Part shown: one piece after another, positions 36,524 through 47,519 of the stretch
How positions within the stretch are numbered: position 1 is the stretch's first letter
Layout of the letters: each line of letters opens with the position of its first letter
IMG/VR virus record: IMGVR_UViG_3300023179_000013
Location: 32,001-96,000 of that record
DNA length: 64,000 bases
Direction: 5' to 3' (one strand)
Source: a virus
Notes under the pieces: generated by a model
Seen by the model: only the letters and a program-made list of their open reading frames with translations
Told to the model about the DNA's origin: nothing
Database searches by the model: none
Program-made: the position numbers and the translations under genes

Positions 36524-37840
36524 ATGAGGGAAAGGAAACCAACACCAAAAAATGCTATTGATATAGATAAGGAATTTATAAATCCTTATTTGTCTAATCT
36601 GGGTAAACCAGTAGTGGAAGGTCATCCTTTAGAAAATAATCGTGGTATAAATTATTCATTTAAAAATGATACTGTAAAAGACATTAGTATTGGTTTACAA
36701 GATATTGATGAAGCTATAATGTATTATTTTAATGAAGTTATTAAACCTACAGTTGTTCAAGACGGAAATAGAATGGCTGTAAGAACAATGTATGGTAACC
36801 CTGAACGTTGGAAATCAGTTCAAGCTGATGGGTTTTTAAGGGACGGTAACAACCAAATTATTGTTCCTGTTATAATGATTAAACGTGAAAATATTGAAAA
36901 AGTTAGAACTTTAGGTAATAAAATAGATGGTAATACTATTGCTTTATATCAAGTAGTAGGATCAAAATATAATCCTAGAAACCAATATGATAATTTTGGT
37001 GTATTAAACAATAGAATTCCTTCTGAACAATATTATGTAACTACAGTACCAGATTATCTTACATTAACATATAGTTGTATTATATTTACAAACTTTGTAG
37101 AACAAAATAATAAAATAGTAGAGGCAATTGAATTTGCTTCTGATTCATATTGGGGTGATCCAAATCGTTTTAAATTTAGAACAAGCATTGATTCATTTGC
37201 TACTACAGTTACAATTGAAAATGGAGCTGATAGAGCAGCTAAATCAACATTTAACTTTAAAGTACAAGGATATATAATCCCAGACACAGTAAGTAAAGAC
37301 TTAGCAACAGTACGTAGTAAATTCTATACAAAATCACAAGTGATATTTGATATGGAAGTAATAACTTCTACACAACAATTAGTTAATACAGCTGCTAATA
37401 AAAGTGTTGCTTCTTCTAATGAAGCACAAATAGATCAAGTTACATTTGCTAATGAACCTGAAGCATTAAATTCAGGTGGTGCTTCATCTTTTATTGGAGG
37501 AGGAATAAATGTATTAAGATCAAGTTTTAATATATCTGCAGCAGATGCTGGTGATTTAGATTATCTAAATACCAATATAAGCAAAACAGCAAACACAGTA
37601 ACAGGACCAAATGTAGCCATACTTACAGGTGCTGCTTTACTTCAACCTCCAGTTGGCTCATCATTACCTGCAACATCAAATGATAACTTTACATTTACTG
37701 TTAACGGAATAGATGTACCATCATCTTATATAACAATTGTAGAAGCTGGTGGAAATGTAACATTAATATTTGATACTACTAGTATGGGTTATACATTAAT
37801 TTCAACAGACGAAGTTATAGCTGTTGGTAAATTCCAATAA
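36524..37840 (+). CDS. Tail terminator/sheath stabiliser (gp15-like) with C-terminal extension
   Basis: DIDEAIMYYF, YGNPERW, PDYLTLTY and FKVQGYIIP; gene order. Confidence 0.7.
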   Translation: MRERKPTPKNAIDIDKEFINPYLSNLGKPVVEGHPLENNRGINYSFKNDTVKDISIGLQDIDEAIMYYFNEVIKPTVVQDGNRMAVRTMYGNPERWKSVQADGFLRDGNNQIIVPVIMIKRENIEKVRTLGNKIDGNTIALYQVVGSKYNPRNQYDNFGVLNNRIPSEQYYVTTVPDYLTLTYSCIIFTNFVEQNNKIVEAIEFASDSYWGDPNRFKFRTSIDSFATTVTIENGADRAAKSTFNFKVQGYIIPDTVSKDLATVRSKFYTKSQVIFDMEVITSTQQLVNTAANKSVASSNEAQIDQVTFANEPEALNSGGASSFIGGGINVLRSSFNISAADAGDLDYLNTNISKTANTVTGPNVAILTGAALLQPPVGSSLPATSNDNFTFTVNGIDVPSSYITIVEAGGNVTLIFDTTSMGYTLISTDEVIAVGKFQ

Positions 37841-37842
37841 AG

Positions 37843-38052
37843 ATGGCGCGAATTAGGTTAGAACAATTAAGGGCAAATCTATACTATGATACAGGATCAA
37901 ATGTGTTGTCTGTATCTGGTTCACTTAATATTACCCAAACATCTCCTTCTTATCCTGCCTTAACCAATTCTGGTTCATTTTACGTAGTAGACTCCCCTAA
38001 TGTAGCAAGTGGTTCATATAATGGAAATGCAATTGACGGAGGAACATACTAA
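37843..38052 (+). CDS. Small virion/fibre-associated protein
   Basis: MARIRLEQL N-terminus; IDGGTY C-terminus. Confidence 0.65.
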   Translation: MARIRLEQLRANLYYDTGSNVLSVSGSLNITQTSPSYPALTNSGSFYVVDSPNVASGSYNGNAIDGGTY

Positions 38053-38055
38053 TTG

Positions 38056-38063
38056 ATATTTAT
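38056..38063 (+). promoter_or_regulatory. ATATTTAT putative late promoter
   Basis: Upstream of the giant fibre gene. Confidence 0.65.
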
Positions 38064-38122
38064 ACACGGCTTACATAAGCCAAAGCATCAGAGGTATATA
38101 CCGTTTAAATTGATCCATACAT

Positions 38123-41100
38123 ATGGCTGTTAATATTGAATTGAAACGTAGTGCGGTCCCTGGTAAGGTGCCTACCACTAGTTCCCTAAATTTAGGTGAA
38201 ATTGCCATCAACACTTATGATGGTAAAGTATATTTCAAAAAAGACAATGGAACTGCATCCATTGTAGAATTAGCAGCACTTGCCTCTGGTTCTTTACCTC
38301 CAACATCATCATACTCTATTAGCTCATCGTATGCTGTAACAGCATCATACGCTGTTACTTCAACATCGGCTAGCTATGCATTATCATCAAGCTATTCTTT
38401 TAATGCTACTAGTGCATCTTACTCATTAACAGCTACAAGTGCATCATATGCTACTAGTGCATCATACTCTAACACATCATCATATGCCGCTACAGCTACT
38501 AGTGCATCATATTCATTAACAGCTACAAGTGCATCATATGCGGCTACAGCATCATCAGCAGATGATTTTACTGTTAGAGGTACTTTAACGGCTCAAACAA
38601 TTATAGCTCAGTATATTACATCATCTACTGAATATATAACTGGATCAACAAAATTCGGTTCTCAATTATCAAATACACACCAGTTTACTGGATCAGTATC
38701 AATAACTGGTAGTTTAGCTATAAACGGTGTTGATTATGCATCAACATCTGCATCATTTAATACTAGAATTACAAACAATAGTGCTAGTATTGCTGCATTA
38801 TCTGCTTCATTCAATGGATTTAGTGGATCATTTAATACTGGTTCATTTACAGGATCGTTTAATGGTCAATTTATAGGATCATTTAGTGGTTCATTAAACA
38901 ACTTACAAGGCGCACCAACATACATTCCATTCTTTAGCTCATCTCAAGTATTAGCTAATAGTTCAATGTATCAAGTTGGTACATCTAGTATTGCTATTAA
39001 CCAAACAAACATTACAACAGCCAATCCAGAGGCATTGTATGTTTCTCAAACACATCCAACTTCAATAAATGTAATTAGTGGTAAAGGTAACTTAAACAAC
39101 TACTTACAATTAAATATATTTAACACCAATCAAGGAGCTTCAGCTTCATCAGATATAGTTGCTACAGCCAATAATGGTAATGAAACTACCAACTATATTG
39201 ATATGGGTATCAATAGTGAATTGTACAATCAAAACTTTATTGGTGCTGCAAATGATGCTTACCTATATTCTACAGGTAATGATTTGCATATTGGTAATGC
39301 CACATCAAATAAAGCGCTACAATTCTTTGTAGGAGGAACTGATGTTGATGTATATAATAAGCTTCAACTTAATTCTGATAACAGACATAATATGTCTGGT
39401 TCATTAGATGTGAGTGGAAGTATTAAAGCACAAAGCTTTACAGGCTCATTACTTGGAACAGCATCATATGCTGCTAACGCTAATACCGCTTCTTATGCAT
39501 TGAATGCTTCGAATGCTGTTAGCTCATCATTTGCTAGTACAGCATCTTATGTACTACAAGCAGTATCTGCTTCGTTTGCAACACAAGCAGCAAATGCAAC
39601 AAGTGCTTCATTTGCTACTACTGCTTCATATGTACTTCAAGCAGTATCTGCTTCTTATTGGAGTGGTAGCATATTAAATGCAACTAGTGCTTCATTTGCT
39701 TCTACAGCATCGTTTGTAGCAAATGCTCAAACAGCTTCGTTTGTTCAAAATGCTGTTAGTGCATCGTTTGCTTTAACAGCATCCTATGCTAGCAATGTTC
39801 CTGCAACCGCATCTTATGCTTTACAAGCATTAAGTTCATCTTATGCCTTAACAGCATCATATGCTATGAATGGTGGTAGTGGTACTTCATTCCCTTATAC
39901 AGGTAGTGCTATTATAACCGGAAGTTTAGTTGTAACAGGATCTACTACATCAACAGGTGGATTTACAGGATCATTATTAGGAACATCTTCGTTTGCTAAT
40001 AATGCTACTTCAGCATCATATGCTACTACTGCATCTTATGTTTTAAATGCAGTAAGTAGTTCATTTGCCTCAACAGCATCGTTTGTAGCTAATGCTCAAA
40101 CGGCATCATATGTACTTCAAGCAGTATCTGCTTCATTTGCTACTAGTGCTTCACTAGCTCAAACAGCAAGTTACGTATTAAATGCTGTAAGTTCATCATT
40201 TGCAGCTACTGCCTCTAGAGTTAATCAACTTAACCAAGCAGTAGTAATATCTGGGTCTTTAACAGTAACAGGTTCAACTAACTTTGTAGGAGATACAGGC
40301 ACAACACTATTTTCAGCTAATGCTGATACTTTAACATTTACAGGTTCAATCTATACAAGTGGCTCTATTGTTTCAACTGGTAGTTTAAATATTACTAGTA
40401 TAACTAGCTCCTTACTTGGAACTGCATCTTATGCTACTCAAGCATTAACAGCATCAAATGCTAATACTGCTTCTTATATTTTAAATGCAGTAAGTAGTTC
40501 GTTTGCCTCTACTGCTTCGTTTGTAGCTAATGCACAAACTGCTTCTTATGTTTTACAAGCAGTAAGTTCATCATTTGCAACAAGTGCTTCATATGCATTA
40601 AGCTCATCTCAAGCTCAAAATGCTACAAGTGCTTCATTTGCAATAACATCTGTAACAGCATCATACGCTAATAATCTTACAGTAGCAGGTACTTTAACTG
40701 CTCAAACAATTGTAGCACAATATATAACTTCATCTACAGAATACATTACAGGATCTACTCAATTTGGAAGTATTATAACTAATACTCACCAATTTACCGG
40801 TTCAGTAAGTGTAAGTGGATCTTTAGCTGTAAACGGATCAAATGTAATCTTAACAAATCAGACATCGTCAATGTCTGTTGCTACTGCTTCATTTGTTCAA
40901 AATGCAGTTAGCTCATCTTTTGCATCAACAGCATCGTTTGTAGCTAATGCTCAAACAGCATCATATGTCTTACAAGCAGTATCTGCCTCATTTGCTACAT
41001 CTGCTTCTCAAGCTCAAAATGCTACTACAGCATCTTATATACTAAATGCTGTAAGTTCATCATTTGCTAGCACAGCATCATTTGTTCAAAATGCACAAAC

Positions 41101-44100
41101 AGCATCTTATGTTTTAAATGCTGTATCTGCCTCTTATGCATCAAACGCTGACTTATTAGATGGTAAAGACAGTACTATATTTGCTACTACAGGTTCAAAT
41201 ACCTTTATTGGTAATCAAACAGTAACAGGATCACTTATACAAACTGGAAGTTACTATCATGTTGGTGATAGTATTCATACAGGTAGTGTTTATCATAGTG
41301 GTAGTAAGTTTTTAAATGGAGTATTTTCACAAACAGGATCTTTAAGTATAACTGGTTCTACTACTCAAATAGGAAATAATACTTTAGTAGGTAATACTAT
41401 ATTATCAGGTAGTATTATAATTTCAGGTTCAAATACCACTCCTCCAACTCCTACAGTTAAAGTGTATGGAGATATGGAAACAAATGGTGTAATTAAATTT
41501 TTACCAGTTGTTAAAAGTATAGATACTTCAATATCTGCCTCTTACATTTATGTAAGTGGATCTACAAGTGATTTGTATTTTTCTCAAAATGGTAGTGGTT
41601 ATACTAACAATGTTCGCCTTCGCTGGATAGAAGGTAACTTGTATACTGGTTTATTAGGAGGTGGTGTACTAAGCTCCACTCCTGGATCAACAACATTTAA
41701 TTTATCTTCTGGTTCAGGTATTGTAGTAACTTTAAATGCATCTACTGGATCAGCAGATCCATATCCAACAGTCCAATATCTTAACTGGCCAACTTATACA
41801 AGCCAACCAATTATTAACTCTGGTTCGGCTAAAATTACTTATGTTAGTGTAAAATCAGATGGTACTATCAATCAACAAGTAGTACCAATTGGTTCAACAG
41901 ATATTACTCAATATGATACTCAAATTGAAATAGGTGTTGTATTACACTTATCTGATAGTGTATCTACTGGTGTTTATAATGCACCTCAAGTAGCATATGG
42001 ACAAGCTCAACGTACAGATGATTTTATTAGAGCGTTTGGACCAATAAAAATATCAGGACATACTTTACAACCTAGTGGATCAACATTAGGATTGATTAAA
42101 ACAGCAGGTACATCTTACAATAACGGATCTAATTATGTTGTAAATCCAAATCACCCATCTACAGTATCTGATCCGGCGATTACTACAAGTAAAATTTATC
42201 GCTACTATGTTTCAGGATCAACTCCAATAATTGATACTGGAGTTGCAGCTGCTGGTTACACAGTAATTGATCCTTCAAAATATAATAATAACGGTGTTTT
42301 ATCATCTGTAGCAGGTGGTCAGTATACAATCCAAAGAGTATTCTGGATTCCAAATTCACCAACAAACGCATTCTTAGTTTATTATGGTAATGCTGTTTAT
42401 AATAGTGCTGCAAACGCTCAAGCTGCAATTGATACAGAACCATTTACAGAAGCACCTAATACAGCAGCAAATGCTATTTTAGTAGCTTATATTATTGTGT
42501 TAGGTAACGAAACCAACCTAACAAATGCTACCTTTGTACAAGGTGGATTATTTAGATCAATAGCGGGTATAGGAAACAGCAATACATCTCCTGTATCCAA
42601 CACATTAGCAGGTTTATCAGATGTATCTATCGCTAGTAGAACATCAGGCGACTTATTATACTATAACGGTAGCCAATGGGTTAATAGTAAATCATTAACC
42701 GGCAACTATAGTATTACTGGTTCGTTTGCTACAAACGATGGCATTACAGCAGTAACTGTAACAGCAACATCATTTACAGGTTCATTAAGCGGTAGTGCTA
42801 CAAGTGCTTCATTTGCATCAACAGCATCATATGTTCTACAAGCAGTATCTGCTTCATTTGCCTCTACTGCATCATATGTAGCAAATGCTCAAACATCCTC
42901 TTATGTACTAAATGCTGTTAGTTCATCATACGCAGCAACAGCATCTGTTGCTCCATTATATGTACTAACTAGTGCTACATCATCGATGTTAGCTCCATAT
43001 GTTTTAACATCACAGACATCTTCAATGTCTGTATTAAGTTCATCATTTGCTGCAACATCATCATACGCAAACAACTTTACAGTAGCAGGTATTTTAACTG
43101 CTCAAACAATTGTTGTTCAAACAATAACATCCAGTACAGATTATGTAACTGGTTCTAGTCGCTTCGGAAGCACATTAAGTAATACACACCAGTTTACTGG
43201 CTCAGTAAGCATAACTGGAAGTTTAACTTCACCAAACATAACAGGTAGTTTATTTGGAACGGCTAGTTGGGCTAACAATGCTATAACAGCATCATACGTT
43301 TTAAATGCAGTAAGTAGCTCGTTTGCTTCTACAGCATCGTTTGTAGCAAATGCTCAAACAGCATCATACGTTTTAAATGCAGTAAGTAGCTCGTTTGCTT
43401 CTACAGCATCGTTTGTAGCAAATGCTCAAACAGCATCATATGTTTTACAAGCAATAAGTGCTTCATTTGCTTCTACAGCTTCATATGTTAATCCACTTAA
43501 CCAAACAGTACAGATAACTGGATCAATACAAGTAACAGGATCTAAGAGTACATTTATCAATACAGCTGCTAATGATACTGTAGCTGAATTTGTAGCTGGT
43601 GGTTCTACTGGTATAAGATTTAGTAGTGCAACCGTTGGATCTTCTGCTGCAGTGTTTATTCGTCCACAAGATGGATTAATACAAGGACAAAACTACAGCT
43701 ATTTCACAATAACAGGAGCAAGTGCTAAACTTAAATTAAGTACAGACAATTCAGCCAACCCAATAGAAATGCAGGGTGGCAATGTTCTTTTAAATACAAC
43801 CACAGACGCTGGCTTTAGATTAGATGTAAATGGTACCTCTCGCTTCCAAAACAACATGCTTGTAACAGGTTCTGTTACTGCAACTTCATTCACAGGCTCC
43901 TTAAGTGGCAGTGCTACAAGTGCAACAAGTGCTTCGTATGCAGCAACTGCATCATTTGTAACAACAGCTCAAACAGCATCATATGTCTTAAATGCAGTAA
44001 GCTCTTCATTCGCATCAACTGCATCGTTTGTTCAAAATGCAGTATCTGCTTCGTTTGCAACATCTGCAACTAGTGCTCAAACAGCTTCTTATGTTCTAAA

Positions 44101-45988
44101 TGCAGTAAGTGCTTCATTTGCTAGTACTGCCTCATATGTTAATCCGCTTGTACAAAACGTATTAGTAACAGGCTCTCTTACAGTTACAGGAAGTGCATTA
44201 GCTAGCAATCTATATTCCGGTTATACTTTATATATTTCAAGAACAGACCAAGGAGGAATTCCCAACTCAAATTCAGGCTATATAAGATATGGAACTAATA
44301 ATGATTTTCGATTTTATACTCATACAAACGCATTTGCTCCATTAGTAGTTGCAGATGTTGGAGGAGGTTATGATGGATTCTCTAGAGTATTTTTTCCAAG
44401 TTATGGTAATATAGTTATAGGAACTAGTGCAAATAAACCAAATACAACAATATATGGTAATGTAAGTATAGACTCAAATACATTTCCCGGCTATAAACTT
44501 TATGTTTCTGGATCAGGTACTTCTGGCTCACTTAACATAGATGATACACTATATATTAATTCAAGTAGAAATGTATTAATAGGTACTACTACAGACGCTG
44601 GTTATAAGTTAGATGTAAATGGTACTTCTCGTTTTACAAATAACATGCTCGTAACAGGCTCTGTTACAGCAACTTCATTTACCGGTTCTTTAAGCGGTAG
44701 TGCAACTAGCGCTACTAGTGCATCATTTGCATCTACTGCATCATTTGTAACAACAGCACAAACAGCATCATATGTTTTAAATGCAGTATCTGCTTCATTT
44801 GCAACATCTGCAACTACTGCTCAAACAGCATCATATGTTTTAAATGCTATATCTGCTTCATTCGCATCAACAGCATCTAGTGTTAATACATTAAACCAAA
44901 ATGTAATAATAACAGGTAGCTTAACAGTAGGAGCTACTTCAGTTGGAGCAAATGAAAATACATTAATATTAGGACCAGCTCCAGCAGGTGGCGCAGGTGA
45001 AGGTGGACAGTTATTATTACAAGCTAAAGGAGATAGTGGATATACCTCAGCTTCAATGCTTGATAACTGGCAAAACTATACTAGATTATTAAGAGGTAGT
45101 AATCAAAGTAGTGATGCAGTGGTAACTCAATGGAATATGCATACCAAACAGGTATCATTTCCAGCATATAATAGTGTATCAGCATTTGCAGGAACGGCAG
45201 TAGCTAACTTAGCAGTTGATTCGGGTGGTAATATTCTTACAGTATCAACATCAGGAGGAAGTGTTTTTCCTTATACTGGAGTTGCATCTATAAATGGTGG
45301 ATTAATAGTAACCGGTTCTATAACTGCATCTAGTGCTATTCACGCTCAAGCAAATGGTGCAATGTATTTTAGAGGTGGTGATGATGCTGAGTTATGGGAT
45401 ATAAACGTTGCAAATACAGTTGGTGTTTACGGACAACAAGATCAAACAGTAGGCTCTATCAAATTAGGTAGTGGTGGTGGAACAATTTCAGGTAAAAGTG
45501 GAAATATTGGTATTGGTACTATAAATCCAACCTCAGCTTCATTACAAGTAAATGGTAATGTATTTGCTACTTCATTTACTGGTTCATTACTTGGAACAGC
45601 ATCGTTTGCTACTACATCTACAAGTGCTTCATTTGCAGCAACAGCATCGTTTGCGTCTAGTGGATTTACAGTTGGTATATCTCAATTCCAAACAGCAACA
45701 GTAGCATCATCGATTGCCGGTGCAAATAACTTATTTACTACACCAACAGGTTCCTTCACAGGCGCTAAATACTTATATACCGTAACAAGCGGTTCAAACG
45801 CTAGAATGGGTGAAATATTTGCAGTATGGAGTGGTGGTAGTGTTCAATATACTGATATTTCAACATTAGATATTGGAACTACAACAACTGTTACAGCATC
45901 AGTTTCAATAGTAACAGCACAAGCACAATTGAACTTCCAAACCAATACTAGTGGATGGACAATTAAATCACAAGCAACATTTATTTAA
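38123..45988 (+). CDS. Giant repetitive tail fibre/adhesin (2621 aa)
   Basis: Mtd/hyaluronidase-type N-terminus (LKRS...LGEIAINTYDGKVY); many TASY/SASF repeats. Confidence 0.8.
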   Translation: MAVNIELKRSAVPGKVPTTSSLNLGEIAINTYDGKVYFKKDNGTASIVELAALASGSLPPTSSYSISSSYAVTASYAVTSTSASYALSSSYSFNATSASYSLTATSASYATSASYSNTSSYAATATSASYSLTATSASYAATASSADDFTVRGTLTAQTIIAQYITSSTEYITGSTKFGSQLSNTHQFTGSVSITGSLAINGVDYASTSASFNTRITNNSASIAALSASFNGFSGSFNTGSFTGSFNGQFIGSFSGSLNNLQGAPTYIPFFSSSQVLANSSMYQVGTSSIAINQTNITTANPEALYVSQTHPTSINVISGKGNLNNYLQLNIFNTNQGASASSDIVATANNGNETTNYIDMGINSELYNQNFIGAANDAYLYSTGNDLHIGNATSNKALQFFVGGTDVDVYNKLQLNSDNRHNMSGSLDVSGSIKAQSFTGSLLGTASYAANANTASYALNASNAVSSSFASTASYVLQAVSASFATQAANATSASFATTASYVLQAVSASYWSGSILNATSASFASTASFVANAQTASFVQNAVSASFALTASYASNVPATASYALQALSSSYALTASYAMNGGSGTSFPYTGSAIITGSLVVTGSTTSTGGFTGSLLGTSSFANNATSASYATTASYVLNAVSSSFASTASFVANAQTASYVLQAVSASFATSASLAQTASYVLNAVSSSFAATASRVNQLNQAVVISGSLTVTGSTNFVGDTGTTLFSANADTLTFTGSIYTSGSIVSTGSLNITSITSSLLGTASYATQALTASNANTASYILNAVSSSFASTASFVANAQTASYVLQAVSSSFATSASYALSSSQAQNATSASFAITSVTASYANNLTVAGTLTAQTIVAQYITSSTEYITGSTQFGSIITNTHQFTGSVSVSGSLAVNGSNVILTNQTSSMSVATASFVQNAVSSSFASTASFVANAQTASYVLQAVSASFATSASQAQNATTASYILNAVSSSFASTASFVQNAQTASYVLNAVSASYASNADLLDGKDSTIFATTGSNTFIGNQTVTGSLIQTGSYYHVGDSIHTGSVYHSGSKFLNGVFSQTGSLSITGSTTQIGNNTLVGNTILSGSIIISGSNTTPPTPTVKVYGDMETNGVIKFLPVVKSIDTSISASYIYVSGSTSDLYFSQNGSGYTNNVRLRWIEGNLYTGLLGGGVLSSTPGSTTFNLSSGSGIVVTLNASTGSADPYPTVQYLNWPTYTSQPIINSGSAKITYVSVKSDGTINQQVVPIGSTDITQYDTQIEIGVVLHLSDSVSTGVYNAPQVAYGQAQRTDDFIRAFGPIKISGHTLQPSGSTLGLIKTAGTSYNNGSNYVVNPNHPSTVSDPAITTSKIYRYYVSGSTPIIDTGVAAAGYTVIDPSKYNNNGVLSSVAGGQYTIQRVFWIPNSPTNAFLVYYGNAVYNSAANAQAAIDTEPFTEAPNTAANAILVAYIIVLGNETNLTNATFVQGGLFRSIAGIGNSNTSPVSNTLAGLSDVSIASRTSGDLLYYNGSQWVNSKSLTGNYSITGSFATNDGITAVTVTATSFTGSLSGSATSASFASTASYVLQAVSASFASTASYVANAQTSSYVLNAVSSSYAATASVAPLYVLTSATSSMLAPYVLTSQTSSMSVLSSSFAATSSYANNFTVAGILTAQTIVVQTITSSTDYVTGSSRFGSTLSNTHQFTGSVSITGSLTSPNITGSLFGTASWANNAITASYVLNAVSSSFASTASFVANAQTASYVLNAVSSSFASTASFVANAQTASYVLQAISASFASTASYVNPLNQTVQITGSIQVTGSKSTFINTAANDTVAEFVAGGSTGIRFSSATVGSSAAVFIRPQDGLIQGQNYSYFTITGASAKLKLSTDNSANPIEMQGGNVLLNTTTDAGFRLDVNGTSRFQNNMLVTGSVTATSFTGSLSGSATSATSASYAATASFVTTAQTASYVLNAVSSSFASTASFVQNAVSASFATSATSAQTASYVLNAVSASFASTASYVNPLVQNVLVTGSLTVTGSALASNLYSGYTLYISRTDQGGIPNSNSGYIRYGTNNDFRFYTHTNAFAPLVVADVGGGYDGFSRVFFPSYGNIVIGTSANKPNTTIYGNVSIDSNTFPGYKLYVSGSGTSGSLNIDDTLYINSSRNVLIGTTTDAGYKLDVNGTSRFTNNMLVTGSVTATSFTGSLSGSATSATSASFASTASFVTTAQTASYVLNAVSASFATSATTAQTASYVLNAISASFASTASSVNTLNQNVIITGSLTVGATSVGANENTLILGPAPAGGAGEGGQLLLQAKGDSGYTSASMLDNWQNYTRLLRGSNQSSDAVVTQWNMHTKQVSFPAYNSVSAFAGTAVANLAVDSGGNILTVSTSGGSVFPYTGVASINGGLIVTGSITASSAIHAQANGAMYFRGGDDAELWDINVANTVGVYGQQDQTVGSIKLGSGGGTISGKSGNIGIGTINPTSASLQVNGNVFATSFTGSLLGTASFATTSTSASFAATASFASSGFTVGISQFQTATVASSIAGANNLFTTPTGSFTGAKYLYTVTSGSNARMGEIFAVWSGGSVQYTDISTLDIGTTTTVTASVSIVTAQAQLNFQTNTSGWTIKSQATFI
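43285..43440 (+). repeat. Exact 72-bp tandem repeat (about 2.2 copies)
   Basis: aacagcatcata recurs at 43285, 43357 and 43429; unit encodes TASYVLNAVSSSFASTASFVANAQ. Confidence 0.9.
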
Positions 45989-46000
45989 AAATAAAATAAC

Positions 46001-46186
46001 ATGATTTACGAAGTACAAATGCAATTCATTCCAGGTAACGATCAAATTTGGGTAGCAAGATTAAATCCAAATGATCCAATTTACCAATATGATAATTTTG
46101 CTGATGCACAAGCAAAAGCAACTGAATTGCAAGATGCTGACCCAACAGGAAGACAGTATCGTGTAACACAATTAGCAGCTGAATAA
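46001..46186 (+). CDS. Small fibre-associated protein
   Basis: 61-aa ORF directly after the fibre gene. Confidence 0.65.
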   Translation: MIYEVQMQFIPGNDQIWVARLNPNDPIYQYDNFADAQAKATELQDADPTGRQYRVTQLAAE

Positions 46187-46187
46187 T

Positions 46188-46844
46188 ATGGCTTTTGCAA
46201 ATGGTGGTTCTATAGTAACAAATGGTTTAGTGTTATCACTAGATGCTGCTGATAGGAATAGCTATGTGTCTGGGTCTACTACGTGGAGTGATTTAACTGG
46301 AAATGGAAATAATGGAACATTAACGAATGGACCAACATTTAATACTGGGAGTGGAGGTGCTATTGTGTTTGATGGAAGTAATGATTATTGTATAACAAAT
46401 TATACAAATAATCCTACCTACTTTACTTTTGAGTGTACTTTAAAAGTTAATGATCCTAGCTCAACAAAAGTATTTGTAGGGAAATACAACGGAGCAGGAG
46501 ATGCATATTGGATGGGAGTCTATACCGGTGGGCAGCAATTTATATTTAGCGTAAATAGTGGAGTTTTAAACAGTGGAGTTACTGTTTCAACTTCTCAAAT
46601 ATATACAGTAAGTTGTATAGTAGGTTCTGTAAATCAAGAAATATATGTAAATGGAGCAATAAAAAATTCTACAGGTACAACTACAACTAGCCCTGGAGGA
46701 GGATTAGTTTTAGCAGCCTTTGGAAGTAATTTAGGATTTTACTCCAATATAAACATATACAATTTTAGATTCTATAATCGCGCTCTTAGCGCAACAGAAA
46801 TTGCCCAAAACTACAACGCAACCAAAACCCGATTCGGACTATAA
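46188..46844 (+). CDS. LamG/concanavalin-A-like protein 1
   Basis: GLVLSLDAA...TWSDLTG, FDGSND, IYVNG and YNRALSATEIAQNYNA. Confidence 0.8.
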   Translation: MAFANGGSIVTNGLVLSLDAADRNSYVSGSTTWSDLTGNGNNGTLTNGPTFNTGSGGAIVFDGSNDYCITNYTNNPTYFTFECTLKVNDPSSTKVFVGKYNGAGDAYWMGVYTGGQQFIFSVNSGVLNSGVTVSTSQIYTVSCIVGSVNQEIYVNGAIKNSTGTTTTSPGGGLVLAAFGSNLGFYSNINIYNFRFYNRALSATEIAQNYNATKTRFGL

Positions 46845-47515
46845 TGGGAATATCAGGTGGACCAGATATAATCAACGATTCTAGCTTAGTACTAGCATTA
46901 GATGCTAGTGATAGAAATAGCTATGTTAGTGGATCTACTACTTGGTTTGATGTTAGTGGAAATAATAATAGTGGATCCTTAACTAATGGACCTACATTTA
47001 GTAGTGCTGAAGGCGGAAGTATTGTATTTGATGGAACAAATGATTATGCTACAACAAATTATACTGGTCAGCTTCTTGATTTTACTGCTTGTGTTTGGTT
47101 TAAATCAACATCTCCAACAAAGCCATACGAAAGGCTTGTTGATAAAAGTTATCAGAATGGATTTTGGATTGGTAGAAATTCAAGCAATCCCAATAGTTGG
47201 GGAGGTGGAGTAAGGGAATCAGCTTCTCCTTATGGTAGATATATAACTCTCAATGATAATCAATGGCATTTAATAGTTTCTATTAGAAGTGGCACTACTC
47301 ACACTATATATGGAGATGGAATAACAAATAGTGTTTCGGGAACCGTATCAGGAACAGCATTAGATTCAACAGCATTTTATATAGGAGTTGAAAATCCACT
47401 TTTTAATACATATTTGAGAGGTAATATAGCATCGGTTCAGATTTACAACCGCGCCCTCAGCGCCAGCGAAATCCTCCAAAACTACAACGCCCTAAAATCA
47501 CGTTTTAATTTATAA
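46844..47515 (+). CDS. LamG/concanavalin-A-like protein 2
   Basis: Same termini; WHLIV, IYGDG and YNRALSASEILQNYNA. Confidence 0.8.
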   Translation: MGISGGPDIINDSSLVLALDASDRNSYVSGSTTWFDVSGNNNSGSLTNGPTFSSAEGGSIVFDGTNDYATTNYTGQLLDFTACVWFKSTSPTKPYERLVDKSYQNGFWIGRNSSNPNSWGGGVRESASPYGRYITLNDNQWHLIVSIRSGTTHTIYGDGITNSVSGTVSGTALDSTAFYIGVENPLFNTYLRGNIASVQIYNRALSASEILQNYNALKSRFNL

Positions 47516-47519
47516 AGTT

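Noticed and set aside
38300-45660. Repeats in the giant ORF as a CRISPR array
   Set aside because: They are in-frame degenerate peptide repeats with wobble variation, with no constant repeat plus unique spacer structure and no cas genes.
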